A stretch of DNA of 42,156 bases from an uncultured Pseudomonadales bacterium (lineage in GTDB: Bacteria; Patescibacteriota; Microgenomatia; UBA1400; PJMF01): NCBI GenBank assembly GCA_964607125.1, contig CAZSHY010000003.1:1-42156 (forward strand). The letters are read 5' to 3'. A model generated the notes under the pieces. That model saw nothing but the letters and a program-made list of their open reading frames with translations. It was not told where the DNA came from and searched no databases. The stretch's first letter is position 1. Every line of letters begins with the position of its first letter. This document shows positions 26,833-34,270 of the stretch, piece after piece. A program made the translations under genes and the position numbers.

Positions 26833-27635
26833 AGTTGACTATCCTCGAGTGTTTTGAGCAACTCCCCATGATGTACGGGATGTGCGGCTACCATGGTTGA
26901 GCCATTTTGCAGGTTCCACTCTGCGCCCTGGAGGTCAGTTATGTGTAAACCAGCCTCTGACATGAACAGCGCCGGTCCAGATATCTCTCTGGTTTCCATG
27001 CCAAAGTAGATGAGGGCACCAAAGTGATTGCTGGCGGTGCAGGCAAAAGCAGGCAGAATACAGCCGTACTTGCGGTAGGAGCGGAAGTGCTCACTCTGCG
27101 TAAACAGGTAGTTCTTGGCTGCGACTTGAGCAGGTTGATTTTTGCCCCATTCAACAAGGAGAACCTGTTGTTTGAGCGAAGTTTGCGGCTTAGTACTCAC
27201 GCTCACGGGTGAGCCGTTCGCCGTTGCGCCTGCGCCTTTAGTGGCTGAAAATAACTGTTTGGTATTTGGATCATAAGCCGCCATCACCAATACGTCAGTT
27301 CCATGCGTGAGACTGATCATGGTGCCAAAGACAGGTACGCCAAACATGAAGTTATGCGTCCCATCAATTGGATCAATGTTCCAGGCCAAACCATCTGCTT
27401 GACCCTCACTTCCGGCCTCCTCTCCCCAAATACTGTGGCTGGGAAATGCGGATCGAATTTGTTGGCGCAATTGAGCTTCAATTTGCGTATCAGCTGAGGT
27501 AGCAAAACTATGATCACTTTTCTGAGTCTCTGAAAAGTGATGGGAACGGAAAGCTTTGATGGCTGCAGTACCACCTTTGAAGGCTAACTTTCGGGCCAAC
27601 TCGGCATAGGAGTTTAACTCTAAGGCTGTGTGCAA
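26829..27635 (-). CDS. Inositol monophosphatase / FBPase family protein (paralog 1)
   Basis: WNIDPIDGTHNF and IWGEEAG. TTG start; there is no in-frame ATG near the N-terminus. Confidence 0.85.
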   Translation of the reverse strand: MHTALELNSYAELARKLAFKGGTAAIKAFRSHHFSETQKSDHSFATSADTQIEAQLRQQIRSAFPSHSIWGEEAGSEGQADGLAWNIDPIDGTHNFMFGVPVFGTMISLTHGTDVLVMAAYDPNTKQLFSATKGAGATANGSPVSVSTKPQTSLKQQVLLVEWGKNQPAQVAAKNYLFTQSEHFRSYRKYGCILPAFACTASNHFGALIYFGMETREISGPALFMSEAGLHITDLQGAEWNLQNGSTMVAAHPVHHGELLKTLEDSQL

Positions 27636-27653
27636 TTTTTTGATCCAATCCGA

Positions 27654-29075
27654 CTAGTCAAGCGCGTGAGTATTAACGCCCTTGGTCCAGTCAATTTCAC
27701 TGTATCTGCTGAGCATCGCTTTAAGCATCGACTTGACTTGGTCATATTGTGCTTGAGTCTTGCCTTCAAACTTGACCGTGATGTATGGTCCGTTTTGGGA
27801 GGCGCGCACAATGGCCATTTCGTCCTGAGTATCCATACGAATGCCGTCAATGTCTACATACTTGGCGTTGGGCCAAGCCTGCATAAACTCTGCCCGAAGT
27901 GTAGTGTCTATAAACTTAAACTTGATGTCGTCTGCTAACCCAAACTTAATTTCCGGACTACTTATGTACTTGGCTAGTTTATCTACAGCCTGAGAGAGCG
28001 ATTCATTCTTTCTTTCAAGGTAGGCAAGCAAGCGCAAGCTAGCGTTGGCTCCATCGTCGTGACCGTAGAAATTATCCATGAAAAAGATGTGACCCGAGAG
28101 TTCTCCACCAAACGGAGCGTGGACTTCTTTAAGTTTAGATTTGATAAATGAGTGCCCTGTTAGCCACATGACTGGCTCACCTTCCATGGATTCTATGGCT
28201 TCTGTGACTTGGCGTGAGCAAAGTGCGTTGTAAACTATCTTGGCATGCGGGATGAAATCCAGTACATCTTGAGCAAATAACGCCACAATCGTGTCCATCC
28301 ACAGTACTCGCCCGTTTTCATCCACAACTGCCATACGGTCGCCATCTGTGTCGTAGGCAAAGCCAATATCTGCACCGGAAGCCTTGACGCCTTCAGCTAG
28401 GCGCTCTAAAACTTCTACTTCGGTTGGATCTGGTACGCCCAGAGGGAAGTTACCGTCTAGGGTTGTGTTCTGCTCTACTACTTCACAGCCTGCAGCGCGG
28501 AGTAAGTCTGGGTAGAACATGCCAGACGTGGTGTTACAAGCTTCTACTACTACTTTCCATTTTTTCTTGAGAGAAATGCGCTTAAGAATGTCAGACCGAT
28601 ATGCGGGGTAGATATCTTCTTGTCTGTTGGTACCTTTGCCCTCAGAAAATTTTCCAGCTTCCACTAGCTGCCGAACATATTGAATTTCATCAGTAACCAT
28701 GGTTTCTGAGTAACCAGTGCCCAACTTAAGCCCGTTGTACTCTTTGGGGTTGTGTGAGGCAGTGACCATAACCGAACCCTTGGTCTTGAAGTGATAGCAC
28801 GAGAAGTAAACAATTTGGCTGAGGCTCAGGCCAATATCAATGGTGTTGATGCCTCCATCGTTGAGTCCAGCTATCAAGGCAGCTGACAGCTCTTCACTGC
28901 TCAAACGGTTATCGCGGCCAACCGTGCATTCATTAATTCTTTGTTGCGACAGGTATGTGGCGTATGCTCTGCCGAGTGTGTAGTACACATCTGGAGTTAA
29001 CTCAGTGCCAACCTCGCCACGAATATCGTAGCCACGAAATATTTTGGGACTAATAGTAGGGACAAGGTTATACAT
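27654..29075 (-). CDS. Phosphomannomutase/phosphoglucomutase
   Basis: FRGYDIRG, the active-site loop TASHNPKEYNGLK, FAYDTDGDR and GGELSGH. Confidence 0.95.
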   Translation of the reverse strand: MYNLVPTISPKIFRGYDIRGEVGTELTPDVYYTLGRAYATYLSQQRINECTVGRDNRLSSEELSAALIAGLNDGGINTIDIGLSLSQIVYFSCYHFKTKGSVMVTASHNPKEYNGLKLGTGYSETMVTDEIQYVRQLVEAGKFSEGKGTNRQEDIYPAYRSDILKRISLKKKWKVVVEACNTTSGMFYPDLLRAAGCEVVEQNTTLDGNFPLGVPDPTEVEVLERLAEGVKASGADIGFAYDTDGDRMAVVDENGRVLWMDTIVALFAQDVLDFIPHAKIVYNALCSRQVTEAIESMEGEPVMWLTGHSFIKSKLKEVHAPFGGELSGHIFFMDNFYGHDDGANASLRLLAYLERKNESLSQAVDKLAKYISSPEIKFGLADDIKFKFIDTTLRAEFMQAWPNAKYVDIDGIRMDTQDEMAIVRASQNGPYITVKFEGKTQAQYDQVKSMLKAMLSRYSEIDWTKGVNTHALD

Positions 29076-29119
29076 CTCGAGATCCTTATGTAGTAGTTTC
29101 TACAACGAGTTTTTGTACT

Positions 29120-29800
29120 CTACAGCTCCACGGTCAGCAGGTCAAGTTCTTGTACCAGGTTGAGACCAGGCTTGGATGACTTCATGCGTACATCCAGTTC
29201 TAATAAGCGTTTGTAGAGCTGAAGTAAGCGCTTGAGCTCTAAGGTCTGTGCCTGGGCACGAAGCTTGGTGACCATGAATGGTGGGCCTGCGATTTTACCG
29301 CCCTCGGCAGCAAGAATCAGCAGGCGCACCTGTCTAATTATCATCACAAAACACAGGTATTCACCCTCGGCAGCCTCGGCGGCGTGGAGAGCTCGCAGCT
29401 TGACCGCCGGAGTCTTACTTCCTCCCAACATGTCAAGCCAAGCAAATAGGGAGTTGCTGAGTTTGAACTCCTCTACTTTGGCTGCACCAAACTGTTTGAG
29501 CATGGTTGCCGTTAAGGCTCGTTTTTCCCAAAGGATGCTGTCAATTTCTGAGTTGGCGACAGCCGAGATTAAGGCCTTTTTTCTGGCGCTTGTCGGCAAG
29601 GAATGAAGTTCTTCTATGACTAGCAATCTAGGCGTGTCAAACAAACTTTGGCTACCGAGAATTTCATCAAGTGCTGCTAGAGTCAAAGATTTTGCATCTA
29701 GCCGAGTTATGGTCTGTCCTGCCGCTCTGGCATTTTCCATAAGTGTTACCAATTTGGCCCGAGAGGCAGAGGTTTGTTCGCCGTGAAGTATCCAGATCAT
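29120..29800 (-). CDS. holA: DNA polymerase III delta subunit-like protein (short)
   Basis: The N-terminal MIWILHGEQ...LFDTPRLLVIEE pattern resembles delta (HolA). It is only 226 aa, against about 330 for typical HolA. Confidence 0.6.
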   Translation of the reverse strand: MIWILHGEQTSASRAKLVTLMENARAAGQTITRLDAKSLTLAALDEILGSQSLFDTPRLLVIEELHSLPTSARKKALISAVANSEIDSILWEKRALTATMLKQFGAAKVEEFKLSNSLFAWLDMLGGSKTPAVKLRALHAAEAAEGEYLCFVMIIRQVRLLILAAEGGKIAGPPFMVTKLRAQAQTLELKRLLQLYKRLLELDVRMKSSKPGLNLVQELDLLTVEL

Positions 29801-29804
29801 GATG

Positions 29805-30479
29805 CTATCCTACCATCATTCCGTACCGCTTGAGAAACCCGCGGTGGAGTCTGTACTCAGGATCATACTGCTCAACCAGATTCCAAAAGGCTTTTGAGTG
29901 GTTCATGTGCGTCCGATGAGCCAGCTCATGAATGATTACATAGTCAATAATTTTGGGTTCGAAGTGTACCAGTCGCCAGTTAAAATTGAGATTGCCTTGA
30001 GAACTACAACTTCCCCAGCGAGTTTTTTGTTGGCGCAAGGTTATGGCGCCATATGTGGTCTGCATGGTACTTGCCAACTGGGCAACTCGGGCCGGAATGT
30101 AATGGGCGGCCGTAGACTTAAGGAAGCGATTGATCATTTGGGTAGGTTCTGTCTGAGCATCAATCGGATTAATCATCACCCGATTTCCCAAAATTGTGAC
30201 ACCGCTGGGTTGATCTGCCTGATAGAGGACTTGCTTGGTATACGACTTACCAAATACTAAAAGAGTGGTGGGTGTCTGCGCGCGTAGGCGCTGAGGTGCA
30301 CTGGCTAACTTGGCTAGTTGCGCGGAAATCCAGGCTTGTTGACGATTTACAAAACTGGTAACAATAAATTTGGGTGTAAATGGCGGACTGACTACGATGA
30401 CAGAACCTGTCGCCTCGATTTTGATGCGAATACTTCGGGCGCGACGGTCAGTTCTGTAAGTTATGGGAGTTTCATCCAT
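29805..30479 (-). CDS. YgjP-like (DUF45/M48-related) zinc metallohydrolase
   Basis: [16 protein letters not shown] (HExxH). The ORF-track start at 30503 is a TTG; the ATG at 30479 (MDETPITY) is preferred. Confidence 0.82.
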   Translation of the reverse strand: MDETPITYRTDRRARSIRIKIEATGSVIVVSPPFTPKFIVTSFVNRQQAWISAQLAKLASAPQRLRAQTPTTLLVFGKSYTKQVLYQADQPSGVTILGNRVMINPIDAQTEPTQMINRFLKSTAAHYIPARVAQLASTMQTTYGAITLRQQKTRWGSCSSQGNLNFNWRLVHFEPKIIDYVIIHELAHRTHMNHSKAFWNLVEQYDPEYRLHRGFLKRYGMMVG

Positions 30480-30542
30480 ATGTTCTGTCGAGTGATGGTA
30501 CAATAGTGCCTGTCACCTGTAGCGCCATTATATCGCGCTCCG

Positions 30543-30624
30543 GCCGAAGTGGCGGAATTGGTATACGCGCACGGCTTAGAACCGTGTGGAGCAATCCTTG
30601 GAGGTTCAAGTCCTCTCTTCGGCA
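30543..30624 (+). tRNA. tRNA-Leu (anticodon UAG)
   Basis: Acceptor stem GCCGAAG/CTTCGGC plus discriminator A. Anticodon stem-loop CACGG-CTTAGAA-CCGTG. Long variable arm. T-arm GGAGG-TTCAAGT-CCTCT. CCA is not encoded. Confidence 0.9.
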
Positions 30625-30625
30625 C

Positions 30626-30665
30626 ATTTCCAAGTTCTGTCACGAATGTGACAAAACTTGGAAAT
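30626..30665. repeat. 40-nt near-perfect palindrome/hairpin immediately 3' of tRNA-Leu
   Basis: ATTTCCAAGTT-C-TGTCAC-GAAT-GTGACA-A-AACTTGGAAAT: 17 bp with one 1x1 mismatch. No U-tract follows on either strand. Confidence 0.7.
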
Positions 30666-30758
30666 ATATCGGGTGCACTTGAACCGGAGGTGAAAGTCTG
30701 CACTTCGAGTCCCGCAGGGACCCGAGAAATGCGTCCAGACGCGAAGCAGTCTGGGACG

Positions 30759-30772
30759 CCTCTCTTCGGCAC
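30759..30772 (+). repeat. 14-nt direct duplication of the tRNA-Leu 3' end (CCTCTCTTCGGCAC)
   Basis: Identical to 30612-30625, which covers the T-stem 3' strand, acceptor 3' strand, discriminator and one further nt. Confidence 0.85.
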
Positions 30773-30790
30773 CTGGAAAATAGACTGACA

Positions 30791-31045
30791 ATGGTGAACC
30801 TGGAAAAGCTCCCTATCAGCTTGCTACAAGGCAAACTTTTTCACTGTCGCCCGGTAGAAGATGGTCCAATTGTTACGGCTGATGTGCACGATGCAAACGG
30901 CGAGCTTCCATTAACAGAAAAGGTAGTTGTCTGCCCAGAGAGAGTGGCAATGAGTCAGTGTTCGCAACGATCTGGAGAACTGTGCCACTACTGGAAAACG
31001 CCTCATATCATCGGCCCGCGGATGGATGAGAAATCGGGTGACTAA
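30791..31045 (+). CDS. Small hypothetical ORF (84 aa), doubtful
   Basis: ATG-initiated ORF in an otherwise unassigned gap. No Shine-Dalgarno and no recognisable motif. It contains several Cys/His residues. Confidence 0.3.
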   Translation: MVNLEKLPISLLQGKLFHCRPVEDGPIVTADVHDANGELPLTEKVVVCPERVAMSQCSQRSGELCHYWKTPHIIGPRMDEKSGD

Positions 31046-31063
31046 TGGTGGTGTAAGTCTGCA

Positions 31064-34000
31064 CTACCGCGTACGCGCCTTGCTCCACCAGAAAAAAATT
31101 AATCCACTTAATCCAACTGCGCCTATTGTCGCTCCGAGTAACCAATTGGTCTTAGGCAAAGCTGAATCAGAAGCTGTTTCGCCTCGTGTTTCAGCTTGAG
31201 TTGCGACAGCTGTCGTGGGCGTGACTGTTGGTAGCGGCGTTGGACTTGGGGTAGCGGTATCCTGAAAGTCTCTGACGCCTAGAACTGCCGCGTTTTTTGC
31301 TGGCTCAGTTGAGTTGGGTGAATAACCTCCCATTGGAAATTCTCCTGCTTTGGTCATTTTGATTGGTTGCACAAACAAGTATCCATTGGCAAAGTAATAA
31401 TCCACTGGCTGACTAATGTTGCTAGCATGGTCTGTGCCGGTAATTTGCAATCGGTAAATACCTCTGGCTAAGGAGTGTGGAAGCGCCTCGCCAAAGTTAT
31501 AGATTTTGGCAAGATCTTCTGCTGCAGCTTGTCTAACCTCTGGATTTGATTCTCCAACCAGTTGGTAGACTCCCTGATCGTTCTTGTAACTTAGCACAAG
31601 ACGTACTTCTCTGACCCCGGCAGCATCGGCAGCATACTCGTCTACTGCCCCATCTGGATAACGGGTGACGGAGCCTTTTTTGGGATCGCTAATTTTTCCC
31701 AGGACCGCCAATTGATTGATCAAGTTGAGAGGATAAAGCATGTTCGGTTGTACAGCTCCCACCTGAGGTAAAACGACCTCAGTAACCTTGGGGGCGGTGA
31801 AGTCCATAACCAGGGTCGCTTCTCGAGTTGTTGCGTGATCAACCACGTCTTTGGCAGTGACTTTCCAGTGGTGCACGCCTTCGCTGAGAGGATTGCTGAG
31901 CAAACCCTTGAAAAAAACCTCGATCAGGTTGTTACTAGAGTTAGAATCGTGTTCGTTGCGGTAGGTAACTTTAGCCAGGTGCGTATCCCTTTCCACGCAT
32001 TCAGACGTAACCCCGCAAGAAGTTGGAAGCTGGCCAATGGTGTAGTTTCTGTATTTATCGGCATCCAGTTCAAAGTAGTAAGACAAGGTGCTTGCTACGT
32101 CTGAAAAGAAGGGTGTGACCAGGGTGGGCATTGATTGATTGGAATAACCGCTTGGACTTATGGCTGCGGAAGTTGGCTGATTTGTATCAATGATTAAGCT
32201 CATGGTGGCAAAGTTTGACTGAGCGGTATAAGTGCTATGGCTGTCAATTGCCCTGAAATAGACGGTGTGTTGACCCTCTGTCAGACTGGACAAGAGAGAG
32301 CAACTGAAATTTTCTGAGGTACTATTAAAAGTCCCATCATCTGCAGTACAGCTAGTCCAGGTGCCGGTTAAGCTATTTGAGTCAATTTGATAAGCCACAC
32401 CCGCCACGGTTGAAGTGGAGTTTGGCGCTTGAATGCTGCCGGTGAGGGTTGGCTGGATGTTGGTGGTTGCGACTGCAGCTGTGGTGAAAGTGTGCGGAAA
32501 ATTGTAGATCAAGAAGTATGAGCCAGAGTCAGCACGGCTATTATATCCAGCGTTACGTGAATTTAAGATATAGTCCAACTGGCCGTCCTGATTAAAATCT
32601 GCGAAGTATCCATTTTGGAAGAACATTCTGTGACCAGTACCACCGTCATAACGGAGATTGAAGTTATTGGTATTGGCGGTGTCAATAGTCGTGCCTGGAG
32701 TTGACCAAGTATCACGTAGCCCATCAAGAAAGATGTAAACCGCGCCAGAGTCAGCCCCATTGGTGTTGGCAAGTTTAGAACCGACCACCAGATCTGGGCG
32801 GCCATTGTTATTCATATCCATGATGCCCATGGAGGTAAAGCTAAAGTTGTCAGAGGTTTCGGCACCGTCAATCCGGACTCGGTAATTTGTAGCTGTAGCC
32901 AAGTCCACCAAATTTCCTGTGCCAGTTAATTCGCCAAAAGTGGCATTTTCAATAATCCAAACGCTGCCCGAGTTGGCTCGAGAGTTGTAGTCAGATTGGT
33001 AACTGCCAACGACGATGTCATCTTTTCCGTCATGTGTAATGTCATCGATAATCAATAAGTTGCCATAGGACATGAGGTCGCCGGCTGTTGCACCATCAAT
33101 GCGCACCAACCAAGGTGAAGACACTGCCATATCAACTATATTTGCAGAGGTGCCCGCATATCCGGCTATAAAGGAATTGTCAAAAATCCAGATTGATCCT
33201 GAGTTTGCCCGAGTGTTGTAATCGGTCAGATCTGAGCCGACAAAAAGGTCAAGATGACCGTCACCATTGTAGTCGCCTATGGCTGTAGCGCCGCCGCCAA
33301 AGGTGTGGCCAGCTTCGGCCCCATCAATTCTAAGGCTAAAATTACTCGTAGTACCCACGTTGATCAGGTTGCCAGTGCCGGTATAGTCATCGAGAAGTGT
33401 GTTGAAAAAAACAAATACCGATCCAGATTCGGCGCGTCCGTTATTGTCCGCGTGGTGAGACTCAAGCAAGATGTCGTTTTTATTGTCCCTGTCTAGGTCT
33501 GCAATTATCAAAGATAAATTGCCAAACGAGTCGCCAGTGGCAGCTCCCTGGATTATTAGGTTGTAGTTGGAGCTGACTGACAAATCCATGACATTGCCCA
33601 CACTACTTAAATATCCGGCAAATAAATCATGATAAATCAAAAACACGTTGCCCCGAACGCTGTCGGCGTAGGATTCGCTAATCAGCATGTCCTCCTTGCC
33701 ATCGTTGTTCAGATCTCCAAAAATCACACCCGCGCTGGAAGTCAGAAATCCACTAACTAGGTCACCATCAATTCTCACCGAATAGTTGTTGGAGTTGGCT
33801 AGGTCAATAGTATTGCCAGTACCAGTATAGTTGTCCAAAATATCGCCGCTAATGATGTAAATTGACCCTGAGCTGTTCTTGCCTCCGTTGTCTGCCAGAG
33901 CTGCGCCAATTACGAGGTCTTGCTTGCCGTCACCATCAATATCGGTAAAGGCCTTTTGACCCAAGCTGGCGCCGTTGTATCCCAGCTGATCAGAAATTGC

Positions 34001-34135
34001 CGCCCCATCAAGTCTAATGTTGAATGAGCCCAGATTGGTTACGTCAACTGTAATTCCGGCCGCAGACACCACTTGTGGTTGTATGACCAGACTGGCAACA
34101 ACCCAACACAAAACCAGCCATAACAATCTAAGCAT
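31064..34135 (-). CDS. Large surface protein: signal peptide, 7-blade FG-GAP (integrin-alpha-like) beta-propeller, Ig-like region, C-terminal LPKTN plus TM plus basic tail
   Basis: Seven repeats, each with a Ca-binding-like Dx(D/N)xDGxxD loop (DIDGDGKQD, DLNNDGKED, DLDRDNKND, DYNGDGHLD, DITHDGKDD, DMNNNGRPD, DFNQDGQLD). Each is followed by an (R)A(N/D)SGS-aromatic strand. The C-terminus is ALPKTNWLLGATIGAVGLSGLIFFWWSKARTR. Confidence 0.88.
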   Translation of the reverse strand: MLRLLWLVLCWVVASLVIQPQVVSAAGITVDVTNLGSFNIRLDGAAISDQLGYNGASLGQKAFTDIDGDGKQDLVIGAALADNGGKNSSGSIYIISGDILDNYTGTGNTIDLANSNNYSVRIDGDLVSGFLTSSAGVIFGDLNNDGKEDMLISESYADSVRGNVFLIYHDLFAGYLSSVGNVMDLSVSSNYNLIIQGAATGDSFGNLSLIIADLDRDNKNDILLESHHADNNGRAESGSVFVFFNTLLDDYTGTGNLINVGTTSNFSLRIDGAEAGHTFGGGATAIGDYNGDGHLDLFVGSDLTDYNTRANSGSIWIFDNSFIAGYAGTSANIVDMAVSSPWLVRIDGATAGDLMSYGNLLIIDDITHDGKDDIVVGSYQSDYNSRANSGSVWIIENATFGELTGTGNLVDLATATNYRVRIDGAETSDNFSFTSMGIMDMNNNGRPDLVVGSKLANTNGADSGAVYIFLDGLRDTWSTPGTTIDTANTNNFNLRYDGGTGHRMFFQNGYFADFNQDGQLDYILNSRNAGYNSRADSGSYFLIYNFPHTFTTAAVATTNIQPTLTGSIQAPNSTSTVAGVAYQIDSNSLTGTWTSCTADDGTFNSTSENFSCSLLSSLTEGQHTVYFRAIDSHSTYTAQSNFATMSLIIDTNQPTSAAISPSGYSNQSMPTLVTPFFSDVASTLSYYFELDADKYRNYTIGQLPTSCGVTSECVERDTHLAKVTYRNEHDSNSSNNLIEVFFKGLLSNPLSEGVHHWKVTAKDVVDHATTREATLVMDFTAPKVTEVVLPQVGAVQPNMLYPLNLINQLAVLGKISDPKKGSVTRYPDGAVDEYAADAAGVREVRLVLSYKNDQGVYQLVGESNPEVRQAAAEDLAKIYNFGEALPHSLARGIYRLQITGTDHASNISQPVDYYFANGYLFVQPIKMTKAGEFPMGGYSPNSTEPAKNAAVLGVRDFQDTATPSPTPLPTVTPTTAVATQAETRGETASDSALPKTNWLLGATIGAVGLSGLIFFWWSKARTR

Positions 34136-34141
34136 AGTCTC

Positions 34142-34170
34142 ACTGTAGCACTGATTGGAACGGCACTCAA
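34142..34170 (-). promoter_or_regulatory. Promoter of the FG-GAP gene (leaderless geometry)
   Basis: On the minus strand: TTGAGT (34165-34170), a 17-nt spacer, TACAGT (34142-34147) preceded by TG, then 6 nt to the ATG at 34135. Confidence 0.6.
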
Positions 34171-34211
34171 CCCAATACAGACAGAGTCTGTGGAGCTGGT
34201 TTGTGCAGATT

Positions 34212-34246
34212 TCTTAAAAGAAAAGCCCCGCATTCAGCGGGGCTTT
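34212..34246 (-). terminator. Rho-independent terminator downstream of Cys-rich protein A
   Basis: Stem AAAGCCCCGC / GCGGGGCTTT (10 bp, 5-nt loop), followed on the minus strand by TTTTCTTTT. Confidence 0.8.
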
Positions 34247-34270
34247 GGATAACTGGTAAATTATTTCTAG

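Noticed and set aside
30666-30772. Possible known RNA family downstream of tRNA-Leu (cobalamin riboswitch, SRP RNA, RNase P fragment, tmRNA, group II intron domain V, second tRNA)
   Set aside because: There are local resemblances only: GGTGAAAGTC to RNase P CR-I, the cobalamin GGUGAAA and the DV GAAA loop; GAAGCAG to SRP; TTCGAGTCC to a T-loop. None has the required flanking helices, length or additional conserved boxes. No cloverleaf can be drawn. I kept it as an unexplained structured element instead.
30461-30834. Minus- and plus-strand ORFs of 61-103 aa overlapping tRNA-Leu and the structured element
   Set aside because: They overlap a confidently folded tRNA and hairpins. Repeated peptide fragments (VPKRG...) simply reflect the 14-nt DNA duplication.
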